Shown here piece by piece: positions 29,072-38,832 of a stretch of 64,000 nt of DNA. Both the position numbers and the translations under genes were made by a program. This DNA is from an uncultured Olsenella sp. (lineage in GTDB: Bacteria; Actinomycetota; Coriobacteriia; Coriobacteriales; Atopobiaceae), in NCBI GenBank assembly GCA_900316105.1, contig ONBR01000001.1, positions 7,528 through 71,527 on the forward strand, read 5' to 3'. Positions within the stretch are counted from its first letter, which is position 1; each line of letters opens with the position of its first letter. The notes under the pieces are model-generated. The model was not told the DNA's origin, ran no database searches, and worked only from the letters and a program-made list of their open reading frames with translations.

Positions 29072-29371
29072 CTAGCGCTCCCTCATCATCACGTAATTGA
29101 AGAGGGAAATGCACACCGCATTGAGGAGGACTCCCATCGCAACGTTGAGGACGGCAACCGCGGCTTGAGTGCGCGGAATGGTCCCGGTAAAGAGCAAGGC
29201 CCAGATTGCATCCACTCCAAAGTAGATGATCTGGAAAACCAGGGTTGCAATGAACCATTTGCCGCTCTTGTCGTCGCGCTCCACATCACGGGTACTGAAC
29301 GCAAGGAGAGCGAGCCCAGTCATGCAGAATAAATTCGCCGCAATGTAGCTGAATGAGAAGCTAACGTGCAT
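29072..29371 (-). pseudogene. N-terminal membrane segment of the GGDEF-EAL gene, separated from it by one in-frame TAG
   Basis: Same reading frame as 26969-29041. TAG lies at 29072-29074 and only 10 codons separate it from the downstream ATG. The sequence resembles the N-terminus of the paralogue at 22428-23594. Confidence 0.55.
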
Positions 29372-29773
29372 GTTCCAAGTGGAACCTTTCTGGAGGGAAT
29401 CGTCTGATTCGCACCCTGGAATCGCATACCCTTGCGTAGGTACGAACCGCAGCTGTTTGTCCCTCATGTTCGCAGCTGGCTGCCAGTTTAGAGGCCCTGT
29501 AGCTTTGCGTCGCCGCCTTTCGACGGTTTTGCCCGAGACCACGCGAGAGCATGTCTCCCGCATGGTCAAGGGGGAACAATACCACAGCTTCGGAAGTGAT
29601 ACTTCCTTAATGCACAATTGTGGCGAAGGCGTGACCTTCGCCAATCGCTGACGTGAAACCCGCGTCGAACCCAAAACCGTTCACGATTTGTTGGACGAAA
29701 TGGTGATTACCCGCAAACGCCCCAGACATATACTCGGCTCGTATCTGCAGGGTGCAAGCTAAGGAGCGAGATT

Positions 29774-30754
29774 ATGTGCACAGCAGCTACCTATACCAGC
29801 AAGGACCATTATTTCGGTAGGAACCTGGACCTGGAATACTCCTACGACGAGACCGTCACGGTCTGTCCCAGAAGGTTTCCGTTGACCTTCCGCCACGTTG
29901 ACGACCAGCCCGAGCACTATGCCATGATCGGCATGGCATACGTGGCCGGAGGCTACCCCCTCTTCTACGATGCGACCAACGAGAAGGGCCTCTCTATGGC
30001 AGGCCTCAACTTCCCTGACAACGCCGCATTTCTTCCCTGCCGCAACGAGGCAAACACATACGATGTGGCTTCCTTCGAAATCATCCCCTGGCTCCTGGGG
30101 CAATGTGCGAGCGTGGCAGAGGCGCGCAAGCTGCTTGCGAATACCAATGTTTGCAATGACAACTTTGCGCCACAGCTGCCGGCAAATCCCCTGCACTGGA
30201 TGGTCGACGACGGCAAGGAGTGCATCGTGGTGGAACCCCTTGCGTCAGGCATTCGCGTCTATGACAACCCCGTGGGCGTCATGACCAACAACCCCACCTT
30301 TGACATGCAGATGACCTACCTGGCCAACTTCCAGGGCCTGGATGCGGGTCAGGGCGAGAACCGCCTCGCCCCTGGCATAGACCTGCACAGGTACAGCCGC
30401 GGCATGGGTAGCCTGGGTATCCCCGGTGGCCTGGACTCCGCCTCGCGCTTTGTGAAGGTGGCCTTCACAAAGCTCCACTCCGTGAGCGCCGAGGACGAGT
30501 CCTCCAGCGTAAGCCAGTTCCTTCACATTCTGGGCTCCGTCTACCAGCAGCGCGGCTGCTGCGACCTGGGCGATGGCAAGTACGAGATCACCATCTATAG
30601 CTCTTGCGTCAATGCCACAAAGGGCATCTACTACTACACCACCTACGACAATCCGCAGGTCAGCGGCGTTGACATGCACAAGGAGAACCTCGATGGCTCT
30701 GAGCTGGTCACCTACCCCCTGATAGAGCAGCAGACCTTCAACATGCAGAACTAA
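29774..30754 (+). CDS. bsh: Choloylglycine (conjugated bile salt) hydrolase, Ntn-hydrolase family
   Basis: MCTAATY...FGRNLDLEYSY with the nucleophile Cys2; 326 aa; SD AAGGAG. Confidence 0.92.
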   Translation: MCTAATYTSKDHYFGRNLDLEYSYDETVTVCPRRFPLTFRHVDDQPEHYAMIGMAYVAGGYPLFYDATNEKGLSMAGLNFPDNAAFLPCRNEANTYDVASFEIIPWLLGQCASVAEARKLLANTNVCNDNFAPQLPANPLHWMVDDGKECIVVEPLASGIRVYDNPVGVMTNNPTFDMQMTYLANFQGLDAGQGENRLAPGIDLHRYSRGMGSLGIPGGLDSASRFVKVAFTKLHSVSAEDESSSVSQFLHILGSVYQQRGCCDLGDGKYEITIYSSCVNATKGIYYYTTYDNPQVSGVDMHKENLDGSELVTYPLIEQQTFNMQN

Positions 30755-30809
30755 CGCCCCGCGGCACAAGCAACGGATAGGCCAGGCCCTCGCGTCTCAG
30801 ACTCAGAAT

Positions 30810-30838
30810 GTGACAAAAGGGCCTGGCCCTTTTGTCAC
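30810..30838. terminator. Bidirectional hairpin between bsh and a small minus-strand ORF
   Basis: GTGACAAAAGGGCC-TG-GGCCCTTTTGTCAC perfect palindrome. An alternative stem GGCCAGGCCCT/AGGGCCTGGCC lies just upstream. Confidence 0.5.
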
Positions 30839-30857
30839 TCATTCGATGTTTCGCAGG

Positions 30858-30953
30858 TTACTTGCCCTTGCCGCTGACCATCTGGTAGCCCGTGGCCATG
30901 GTCAGTGCAAAGCAGATCACCGTGAGAACGGCAAAGTACTTGTGTGCATTCAT
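30858..30953 (-). CDS. Candidate 31-aa single-TM small protein (below the ORF-track length cut-off)
   Basis: Encodes MNAHKYFAVLTVICFALTMATGYQMVSGKGK. A strong SD GGGAGGGAG lies 4 nt before the ATG, and a hairpin follows 20 nt after the stop. Confidence 0.4.
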   Translation of the reverse strand: MNAHKYFAVLTVICFALTMATGYQMVSGKGK

Positions 30954-31086
30954 GAGTCTCCCTCCCGACGCTCTCTTGCATTAGCTAAGACTAACTTATC
31001 ACTATATGGCCACAAGGATTCCCACTTGGCAGGGGTTTACGTGAGACAATGGCCTCAGCCGAATCCCCGTCAGAGAAAGGCCCATC

Positions 31087-31455
31087 ATGGATGTCCTCTT
31101 CATCGAGTATCCCAAGTGCTCCACCTGCAAGAAGGCAAAGGGGTGGTTGGACGAGCACGGCGTAGCCTACACCGACCGCCACATCGTGGAGGACAATCCT
31201 ACGGTGGACGAGTTGCGCCAGTGGCATGCGGCATCAGGCCTTCCCGTACGTCGCTTCTTCAACACCTCTGGCACGCGATACCGCGAGCTGGGCGTAAAGC
31301 AGCGTCTAGACGAGAGCATGACCGACGACGAGGCGTTGGAGCTCCTGTCCGCTGACGGTATGCTGGTCAAGAGGCCCCTGCTCATCGTAGACGGGCAGCC
31401 TGTGGTCCCCGGCTTCAACGCGGATCGTTGGACCGAGGCCTTGCATCTGTCATAG
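31087..31455 (+). CDS. ArsC/Spx/MgsR-family thioredoxin-fold protein
   Basis: The pattern YPKCSTCKKAKGWLDEHGVAY...RFFNTSGTRYREL...LVKRPL is typical of the ArsC/Spx family. Confidence 0.85.
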   Translation: MDVLFIEYPKCSTCKKAKGWLDEHGVAYTDRHIVEDNPTVDELRQWHAASGLPVRRFFNTSGTRYRELGVKQRLDESMTDDEALELLSADGMLVKRPLLIVDGQPVVPGFNADRWTEALHLS

Positions 31456-31502
31456 TGATACGGAATCGACCCACCAAGCAGAGGAAGGAAGCGCACGACA
31501 GC

Positions 31503-31805
31503 ATGGACGATCGCGAGGCGGCGCGGCAGGAGCTGATTCGAGCCACGGCTGCCCTGGGCTATCCCGAGGAGTTTGGGATGGTCATGGCAGGCGAGCTCAG
31601 AGGTCCCCAAAGCATGCGCCGGATGGCGACATACCTGCGACAGGCAAGCCCCCAGTCCCCCGAGGAGATTGTGGACGAGATGCTGGCCATCATCCAGCTT
31701 CGTGAGTCCTGGGCCAAAAAGAAGCAGGCCGAGGAGGCAAACGCAAAGTATTGGCAGATGTACCACAACCACTTTGGCCTGGACGAAGAAGACGACAACA
31801 TGTGA
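31503..31805 (+). CDS. Hypothetical protein (100 aa, acidic C-terminus)
   Basis: ATG 31503 is preceded by GGAGGAAGGAAG. I recognise no family. Confidence 0.6.
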   Translation: MDDREAARQELIRATAALGYPEEFGMVMAGELRGPQSMRRMATYLRQASPQSPEEIVDEMLAIIQLRESWAKKKQAEEANAKYWQMYHNHFGLDEEDDNM

Positions 31806-31847
31806 CCTGCGCATCCGCGCACTGGCCACGCCATAGGAGGAGACTAC

Positions 31848-32231
31848 ATGATCAAAGCAGGAGCACAAGGCAAGGCAGAAGCGACGGTCGGCCAGGATAT
31901 GACCGCCCGCACGGTAGGAAGCGGCGAGCTGAACGTATTGGCAACGCCCGTTCTGGCAGCCCTCGTCGAGGAGGCGGCCTGGAAGAGCATCTCCCCGCAG
32001 CTGGAAGAGGGGCAGACGACGGTGGGGACCCGCCTGGTCCTGGATCATCTGGCACCGACTGCAGTGGGAATGACCATCACCTGCACCACGACCCTCACGG
32101 ATGTGGACCGCAGGAAGCTGGTCTTTTCCTTTGAGGCAAACGACGGAGCGGGCACCGTTGCCAAGGGCACGCACGAGCGCTTCATCGTTGACGCCCAGAA
32201 GTTCCAGACAAAGGCCGATGCCCGCGCATAA
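31848..32231 (+). CDS. Hotdog-fold thioesterase family protein
   Basis: 127 aa; the GSGELNVLATPVLAALVEEAA ... GTRLVLDHLAPTAVG pattern is typical of small thioesterases of the FlK/YiiD type. Confidence 0.75.
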   Translation: MIKAGAQGKAEATVGQDMTARTVGSGELNVLATPVLAALVEEAAWKSISPQLEEGQTTVGTRLVLDHLAPTAVGMTITCTTTLTDVDRRKLVFSFEANDGAGTVAKGTHERFIVDAQKFQTKADARA

Positions 32232-32255
32232 GGCAAGCCGGAGCTTGCCAGGGCA

Positions 32256-32846
32256 CTAGAGCAGGTCAGAGACGCGTCTCTGAAGCTCTGGCACGACCTC
32301 CGCCTCGAACCAGGGGTTCTTCTTCATCCAAATCTGATTTCGTGGAGATGGATGCACGAGGGGCAGGTACTGGGGCAGATAGGAGCGAAAGTCCCGCACG
32401 ACGTCCGTCAGCCTTGCTGACGCCTTGAGCCCCAGATAGCGCCTACAGGCGTAGTTTCCCACAAGAACCGTCAGCTCGATGTCGGGCATGAGCTCAAAGA
32501 GCTGGCGGTGCCACTTTTCTGCAAAGCCCTTGCGCGGAGGCAGGTCGCCAGACTTTCCCTTTCCCGGAAAGTAGAAGTCCATGGGAATGATTGCCAGCTT
32601 GCCCGACTCGTAGAAGGTCTGGCGGTCGACTCCTAGCCAGGAGCGCAGACGGTCACCGCTCTTGTCATTCCACACCATGTGAGTGTCCTGGGCAATGCGT
32701 CCAGGCGCTTGGCCGATGATGGCTATGCGTGCGTCGGGACCTGCCGCATAGAGAGGGTCAATGCCCTGCGAGGTGTAGGCACTGTTTTGCCCGTCCGCCT
32801 TGATGGCCTCGAATATCTGGTCAAAAGCTTCCTGCTTCGTCTGCAT
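32256..32846 (-). CDS. Uracil-DNA glycosylase superfamily protein
   Basis: IAIIGQAPG ... HPSPRN motifs. The start is taken at ATG 32846. Confidence 0.8.
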   Translation of the reverse strand: MQTKQEAFDQIFEAIKADGQNSAYTSQGIDPLYAAGPDARIAIIGQAPGRIAQDTHMVWNDKSGDRLRSWLGVDRQTFYESGKLAIIPMDFYFPGKGKSGDLPPRKGFAEKWHRQLFELMPDIELTVLVGNYACRRYLGLKASARLTDVVRDFRSYLPQYLPLVHPSPRNQIWMKKNPWFEAEVVPELQRRVSDLL

Positions 32847-33014
32847 GAAAACCATCTCTTTACAATCCCCGCGTTGACCTTGCACTAGGTCCCTACAAAA
32901 AGTACCTTCTAGTATGTAGCGGGCGTCTCATGGCGCCCGTTGGCATTGCAACGAAACCACGCACCTTTTGGCTGACCCTTCCGACATGCCAGCCCCTGTG
33001 AAAGGAAGCCATTC

Positions 33015-33791
33015 ATGTCTACCTACCTCAACCCTAGTCCAATCTTTGGCCCCGTCCATAGCCGTCGCCTGGGAATCTCCCTGGGCGTGAACCTCATGCC
33101 CGCCACGGGAAAGATCTGCACCTTTGACTGTATCTACTGCGAGAACGGCTTCAATGCCGACCGTCGTACCAATGATGGCTACCCATCCGCCGAAGAGATC
33201 TCCCGTGCTTTGGAAGAGAAGCTCAAGGAGATGGCCGCCAACGACACCGAGCCGGACGTCATCACCCTTGCGGGAAACGGAGAGCCCACGGCCAACCCCG
33301 CCTTCCCCGACGTCGTTGATGCCGCGATTCGGCTGCGTGATACCTATGCGCCAGAGGCGGAGGTTACGGTCCTGTCCAATGGCACTCGCGCTGACAGGCC
33401 CGAGATTCACGCCGCACTCATGCGCCTGGACAACAACATCCAAAAGCTCGACACCGTAAGTGCCGACTACATTGCGAACCTGGACCGTCCCGTTGGCCCC
33501 TACGACGTGGAGCACCAGATACAGACCTTCGCTTCCTTTGAGGGGCATGTGATCATCCAGACCATCTTTCTCTCGGGCAGCTTCGAGGGAAGGAACGTGG
33601 ACAACACCTCCGACGCGTACGTTCTGCCCTGGCTGGACGCCCTCAGACGCATCCAGCCCCAGGCGGTGACGGTCTACACAATCGCCCGTGACACTCCAGC
33701 CTCAGGCCTGCGCAAGGCAGCCCCAGAGGTCCTGGACGGCATCGCCGAACGCGTCCGTGCCCTGGGTATCACCTGCACGGTCTCCTACTAG
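33015..33791 (+). CDS. Radical SAM protein
   Basis: GPVHSRRLGISLGVNLMP...CTFDCIYC (CxxxCxxC). Confidence 0.85.
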   Translation: MSTYLNPSPIFGPVHSRRLGISLGVNLMPATGKICTFDCIYCENGFNADRRTNDGYPSAEEISRALEEKLKEMAANDTEPDVITLAGNGEPTANPAFPDVVDAAIRLRDTYAPEAEVTVLSNGTRADRPEIHAALMRLDNNIQKLDTVSADYIANLDRPVGPYDVEHQIQTFASFEGHVIIQTIFLSGSFEGRNVDNTSDAYVLPWLDALRRIQPQAVTVYTIARDTPASGLRKAAPEVLDGIAERVRALGITCTVSY

Positions 33792-33947
33792 GCCCTGCCA
33801 GCCCCACCACAACTGCACCAGTATTCCTAAGGACCCTCCCCAGAACGTGCCACATACTGCGCACTTCCTGGGGAGGGCACTTGCTCGTGCTAGGCTTATC
33901 TGTAACGAAACGAAGCTCAAACGCGCTAGATGATAGGACGGTAAGCC

Positions 33948-35201
33948 GTGACAGACGCACATAGGGAAAATGCGCACAGACAGGGCCATCTCCAATCAGG
34001 CAGCAGATTTTCTCGCACGGGAACAAGCGGCGCCTCCGCCAACCGAGTTCCCATGACTCAGAGACGTCCCTCTGACCAGCAGGAAATTAATGCCAGCCGT
34101 CAGTCCCAGCCTCAGCAGCAGTACGGCTCCCCGGTCCAGGTTTCCTACCATCGCCCCCTCAAACGAGCGGAAAGGGAGGATGAGGCCCCCTACCCCAGCG
34201 TGGAACCGTCCGCTAGCGCAGCGCCTTACCCTAGCGACTACGAAGCGGAAGCGCCCCGACCCTCCAGGACCAGGCGCCCTCGTCGTCCGGGAAGTCACCG
34301 CGGCCTCAAGATTCTCCTGGCGATCGTAGCTGTGGTTGTCATAGGCTACATCGTGGTCTTTGGACCCATAGACCGAAAGGTTGCCTTCACCGGAAGCGAA
34401 AAGACCGAGGTATCCAGCAAGATTTCGCCTAGCGTCCCCCTGACGCCCTACTACGCGCTACTTCTGGGCTCGGACTCCCGTGACGATGGCGAACCAGCCC
34501 GCACCGACACCATCATGCTGGCCCGCGTTGACCCCCTGATGAACAAGGTCACCCTGATTTCCATTCCCCGAGACACCAGAGTCGAACTAGAGGGGCATGG
34601 TACGCAGAAAATCAATGCCGCGTATGCCTTTGACGGCGTTGCGGGTACCGTAGAGGCGGTTGAGAGTCTGACTGGTCAGCCCATAAGCCAAGTGGCGATT
34701 ATCGACTTCAACGGCCTGACCCAGCTTATCGACGCCATAGGGGGCATCACCGTGAACGTGCCCGTCGCTGTCAACGACCCCCAGTACACGGGACTCGTCC
34801 TACCCGCTGGTCCCCAGCAGATGGATGGCAAGACGGCCCTTCTCTTCTCACGCGTACGCCACGGCTTCGACTACGGCGACTTCCAGCGCCAGGCCGACCA
34901 GCAGCTGGTCATTCAGGCCATCGTCGACAAGCTGCGAGCCGACCCCACACTCATGCCTGCCGCAGCCGAATCCCTGAGTGACGTCCTACACACCAGCTAC
35001 CACTGCTACGACCTGATTCCCCTTCTTGCACGCATGGCGGTGCAGTCCCCCACCATCTACTCTGCCTCCATTCCCGCGACCACCAAGGACATCGAGGGCG
35101 TGAGCTACGTCATCGCAGACGAGTCTGCGCTGCGCACGCTCATGGACACGGTCAACGCCGGCAAGGACCCGAGTACCGTGACAAACGGCCTCCAGCTCTA
35201 A
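33948..35201 (+). CDS. LytR-CpsA-Psr (LCP) family cell-envelope phosphotransferase
   Basis: LLGSDSRDDGEPARTDTIMLARV...ISIPRDT...KINAAYAFDG pattern, with a Pro/Ser/Arg-rich cytoplasmic tail and one TM. The start is uncertain (GTG 33948 or ATG 34053). Confidence 0.85.
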   Translation: MTDAHRENAHRQGHLQSGSRFSRTGTSGASANRVPMTQRRPSDQQEINASRQSQPQQQYGSPVQVSYHRPLKRAEREDEAPYPSVEPSASAAPYPSDYEAEAPRPSRTRRPRRPGSHRGLKILLAIVAVVVIGYIVVFGPIDRKVAFTGSEKTEVSSKISPSVPLTPYYALLLGSDSRDDGEPARTDTIMLARVDPLMNKVTLISIPRDTRVELEGHGTQKINAAYAFDGVAGTVEAVESLTGQPISQVAIIDFNGLTQLIDAIGGITVNVPVAVNDPQYTGLVLPAGPQQMDGKTALLFSRVRHGFDYGDFQRQADQQLVIQAIVDKLRADPTLMPAAAESLSDVLHTSYHCYDLIPLLARMAVQSPTIYSASIPATTKDIEGVSYVIADESALRTLMDTVNAGKDPSTVTNGLQL

Positions 35202-35220
35202 TTCTGCGCGCGATAAGGAA

Positions 35221-35260
35221 AAGCGCTCCCCCGACATCACGAGCTGCCGGGGGAGCGCTT
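35221..35260. terminator. Bidirectional hairpin between the convergent LCP and sixA genes
   Basis: AAGCGCTCCCCCG ... CGGGGGAGCGCTT 13-bp stem. Confidence 0.6.
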
Positions 35261-35283
35261 GTATTAATTCCATCTGTCCAAGA

Positions 35284-35748
35284 CTAGGGCACGACGCTCC
35301 AAAGTACCTTTGCAGGCTCGGACTCGACATTCGAAACGTCCAAAGCCAGAACGGTGCCCTTTGGGAAGGACTGCTCCTCCCCCGTCAACGCCGATGCCAT
35401 GCGGGCCATGAAGGGCACATGTCCCACCGCAACCACCGTGTTGGCAGTGGCTTCATCCAGCTCATCACGGAAGGCCAGACTATCCTGCTCGTAGAGGCAC
35501 TGATGCTCCTCGATATCGTCCCTCGACAGACCTAGGGAATCAGCCACGACTCCTGCCGTCTCTAGGGCTCGCGTGGCGGGGCTGGACCAGAGGACGAGGT
35601 CGTCTTCACCCTTGATTTGGGCAAAGGCGGCAGGATACGCAGCCTTGAGCCGAGTGAGGCCGTCCTTTGTCAGGCGACGGCTGATGTCGCCCTGCGGTCC
35701 CCTGGCCTCCGCGTCACCATGGCGAACAAGCACGAGCTTCTTGCACAT
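35284..35748 (-). CDS. sixA: Histidine phosphatase family protein (SixA-like)
   Basis: The LVLVRHGDAE catalytic motif. The start is at ATG 35748 after GGGAG. Confidence 0.8.
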   Translation of the reverse strand: MCKKLVLVRHGDAEARGPQGDISRRLTKDGLTRLKAAYPAAFAQIKGEDDLVLWSSPATRALETAGVVADSLGLSRDDIEEHQCLYEQDSLAFRDELDEATANTVVAVGHVPFMARMASALTGEEQSFPKGTVLALDVSNVESEPAKVLWSVVP

Positions 35749-35758
35749 ATGAATCTCC

Positions 35759-36982
35759 CTAACAGCTACCGTTTTCATCCCTGGTCTTTGGGATTGTACG
35801 CTGGCAGCGTCCTGTCACACCCAGCATGTACGCACGCACTACCGTCTCTCCCGCCAATGGGAGGTCGATATCGGTCCGCGCGAGACACTCCTCAAGGTCT
35901 CGAGGGGCGATGGTCGTTGGTACCACCAGGTCTATCCCAGCCGCATACACCTCGTCGAGGTCATCAGCTCGACCTCCCACAACGGCGATGACGGGCTTGC
36001 CCTGGGCCTTTGCCCTCCGGGCAACGCCCACGGGGGTCTTTCCCCTGGCGGTCTGGGCGTCCATATGGCCCTCTCCGGTGACGACGAGGTCAGCGTCTCT
36101 CAGAGCCTGGTCCAAGCCTATGGCGTCCAGCACGTAGTCAACACCAGAGACAATCCTCGCGCCGCAGAAGGCAACGAGCCCCGCACCAAGGCCACCCGCA
36201 GCTCCCGCACCTGGAGCATCCAGCAGGGGAAGGGATAGAGCCTGCTCCAGCAGCTGCCCATATCCTCGCAGCCACCCGTCTGCATCGAGGACATCCGAGG
36301 CCGATATGCCCTTCTGAGGCCCATAGACCTGGACGGCGCCCAAAGGACCACAGAGGGGGTTGGTCACGTCGGTCAGCGCCAGAAGCTCGCAGTGAGTCAG
36401 ACGGTCATCCAGTCCAGATAGGTCCAGGGATGCCAGTTCGGCAAGTCCGGCAACCCCTGGGCCAACCTGTCCTCCCCGTCCGTCCAGAAGCCTTGCCCCC
36501 AGAGCCTGGGCCATACCCGCCCCGCCATCACTCGTGGCGCTGCCCCCGAGGCCAACGACAATCTGACGCGCCCCAAGGTCCAAGGCCTTTAGGATGAGCT
36601 CACCAACGCCATAGGTGGATGCGGCGAGGGCATCGGAGGAGCTTCGCCCAGACAGCGTGATGCCTGCCGCCTCGGCCATTTCGATCACGGCGGTCCGTCC
36701 GCCCTCGATAAGTCCGTAGCGGGCATCCACAGGTGCCCCCAGGGGACCTCGCACGGTCTCCCTCTGGATCACTCCGCCGCGAGCACCCACCAGGGCATCC
36801 AGGGTACCCTCGCCGCCATCGGCCACCGCCAGGCAGGTCACCTCCGCTTGGGGCAAGACCCTCTTTATTCCCCGCGCAACAAGCTCATTGACACGAGCGC
36901 TGGTGGCCGACCCCTTGAAGGAGTCAGACGCCACCAGCGCTCGCAGCGCGGGCCTGCCAATCACATCCCGCTCTTCTTTCAT
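35759..36982 (-). CDS. glxK: Glycerate kinase
   Basis: ASDSFKGS...VADGGEGT...GGSATSDGGAG motifs. Confidence 0.9.
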   Translation of the reverse strand: MKEERDVIGRPALRALVASDSFKGSATSARVNELVARGIKRVLPQAEVTCLAVADGGEGTLDALVGARGGVIQRETVRGPLGAPVDARYGLIEGGRTAVIEMAEAAGITLSGRSSSDALAASTYGVGELILKALDLGARQIVVGLGGSATSDGGAGMAQALGARLLDGRGGQVGPGVAGLAELASLDLSGLDDRLTHCELLALTDVTNPLCGPLGAVQVYGPQKGISASDVLDADGWLRGYGQLLEQALSLPLLDAPGAGAAGGLGAGLVAFCGARIVSGVDYVLDAIGLDQALRDADLVVTGEGHMDAQTARGKTPVGVARRAKAQGKPVIAVVGGRADDLDEVYAAGIDLVVPTTIAPRDLEECLARTDIDLPLAGETVVRAYMLGVTGRCQRTIPKTRDENGSC

Positions 36983-36994
36983 GAGAATCCTCGG

Positions 36995-38584
36995 TTACTC
37001 GTTTGTGCTATAGCTCCCACCACGGTTGTCCGTATAGGGACTGTACTGCTGCTGGTTGTGCTGCTGGTTATAGAGCTCCTCGAGGTACTCGTAGAGGTCG
37101 TTCTGCGACACGGGCGACTGGCTGTTGCCATTGCCAGAGCTGGAGCCGCCATTGGACTTCAGGGACTTCTCCTGCTGCAGCTGCTCGTCAGTGCCCAGGG
37201 TCACGTTGACCGTCTGCTCCTGACCACCGCGGTTCAGGGTCACCGCGATGGTGTCGCCGGAGTTGTGGGAGCGAACCGCCAGGATCATACCGTCCGCAGA
37301 GGTGATCTCGTCACCGTCGACGGCAGTGATGATGTCGCCCTTTTGGATGCCCGCATTGGCGGCAGGGCTACCGTCCGAAACGGCCACCACGTAGGCACCC
37401 TGGCTCACGGGTAGGTTGTTGGCAGTGGCCACCTGCGCGTTCACCGTCTGCATGGACAGGCCAATGTAGGCGTGAGTCACCTGCTCGCCAGCGATGATCT
37501 TGTTGGCCAGCTCGACCGCATAGTTGCCGGGAATGGCAAATCCGATACCTGCGAAGGAGTCGGTGTCGGAGGAGAAGAGGGTGCAGATGCCCACCAGCTT
37601 GCCTTCCGAGTTGACCAGGGCGCCGCCGGAGTTGCCGGGGTTGATGGACGCATCCACCTGAATGAGGTTGGTATAGATGGTCTCGCCCGAAGTGGACTCC
37701 ATCAGAGTGTTGCGCGAAAGAGAACTGACGATACCGGCGGAGACGGACTGGTCCAGGCCAAAGGGACTGCCGATGGTCATGACCCAATCTCCCGCCACCA
37801 GAGCGTCGGAGTCACCCACCTCGATGGGCGTCACCGACGCGCCATCAAGATTGACATGGATGACGGCGATGTCACTGGAGGGATCGGAGCCCACGACCGT
37901 CGCATCGTAGCTCTTGTCGTCAATGGTCACGGACACGGAGGTGGCTCCATTGATCACGTGGTAGTTGGTAATGATGTTGCCGTCGGTGTCCAGTATTACG
38001 CCAGAACCCAAACCCTCGCCCTCTGCCGTCGTCACGTTCACCGAAACGACGGAGGGAAGGTCCTTTGCAGCCACTGCCTGGGCAGTGGTGGCGTCCTGGT
38101 CCTTGGCCGTGATGTTGATGGTCTGACCGGCAGAGCTCTCGGTCGTCTTTATGATCTGGGTACCGCCGATGACACCCGTTCCCTTGAGGACGAGGACGAG
38201 AAGGGCTGCACCGATGGCACCGGCGGCCACGCTACCGATGCGAGACTTCGCCTTGTCGGACATGTGACGCTTTGGCTTCTGGGGCTTGCTGAGCTTGCCA
38301 CCAGGAACGGGCGGCGCCGGGGGCACATAGCCACTCTGGCCAGGCATGCCCTGCTGGCCCGCCCCCTGCTGACCGGCATAGGCGCCCCGAGGCGGATACG
38401 CCTGCCCAGACTGTGCGTTAGGCTGCGAGACTGCCACGGGGCGAGCCTGCGTGGGCTGGACGGAATACTGATCAGTTCCCTGAGAAGCTGGCTGCACGGG
38501 AGCCTGACCTGACTCCCGCGGCTGACCGCTCGGCGCGGCCTGGCCATTCCGCGGGCCGATATTCGTGTTCTTGTTCTCCTCCAT
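36995..38584 (-). CDS. htrA: HtrA/DegP-family trypsin-like serine protease with PDZ domain
   Basis: TNYHV, DIAVIHV and GNSGGALV catalytic triad contexts, a Gln/Pro-rich cytoplasmic tail plus one TM, and a C-terminal PDZ. ATG 38584 after AGGTGA is preferred over GTG 38593. Confidence 0.9.
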   Translation of the reverse strand: MEENKNTNIGPRNGQAAPSGQPRESGQAPVQPASQGTDQYSVQPTQARPVAVSQPNAQSGQAYPPRGAYAGQQGAGQQGMPGQSGYVPPAPPVPGGKLSKPQKPKRHMSDKAKSRIGSVAAGAIGAALLVLVLKGTGVIGGTQIIKTTESSAGQTINITAKDQDATTAQAVAAKDLPSVVSVNVTTAEGEGLGSGVILDTDGNIITNYHVINGATSVSVTIDDKSYDATVVGSDPSSDIAVIHVNLDGASVTPIEVGDSDALVAGDWVMTIGSPFGLDQSVSAGIVSSLSRNTLMESTSGETIYTNLIQVDASINPGNSGGALVNSEGKLVGICTLFSSDTDSFAGIGFAIPGNYAVELANKIIAGEQVTHAYIGLSMQTVNAQVATANNLPVSQGAYVVAVSDGSPAANAGIQKGDIITAVDGDEITSADGMILAVRSHNSGDTIAVTLNRGGQEQTVNVTLGTDEQLQQEKSLKSNGGSSSGNGNSQSPVSQNDLYEYLEELYNQQHNQQQYSPYTDNRGGSYSTNE

Positions 38585-38726
38585 GACACTCACCTAACCT
38601 AACGGGCAGAAGCCCCTCGAAGTATCGTTCAAATGAAACTGTACCCTTGCGGCGCCTACCTATGGACGTCAAAGAGCTACTGACACTTTCGCGAGACAAC
38701 ACTTTTAGTTTACTGAAAATCTGGGT

Positions 38727-38755
38727 ATTATAAGATTCTTTATACAATCTTTCAG
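38727..38755 (-). promoter_or_regulatory. Candidate htrA promoter
   Basis: Minus strand reads CTGAAA, a 17-nt spacer, then TATAAT, within an AT-rich stretch. Confidence 0.3.
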
Positions 38756-38785
38756 CTATTTAATACAAGCCATCGGTAGGCTGAC

Positions 38786-38822
38786 AAAAAAAGCGTGAAG
38801 GCGGACCAACCCGCCACCACGC
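38786..38822 (-). terminator. Intrinsic terminator after the response-regulator gene
   Basis: Minus-strand GCGTGGTGGCGG-GTTGGT-CCGCCTTCACGC followed by TTTTTTTG. Confidence 0.7.
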
Positions 38823-38832
38823 CTGACGTAAC

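Noticed and set aside
31167-32174. 335-aa minus-strand ORF spanning three plus-strand genes
   Set aside because: It overlaps the ArsC-like, hypothetical and thioesterase genes, which have good starts and recognisable motifs. The ORF is Arg/Gly/His-rich with no family resemblance.
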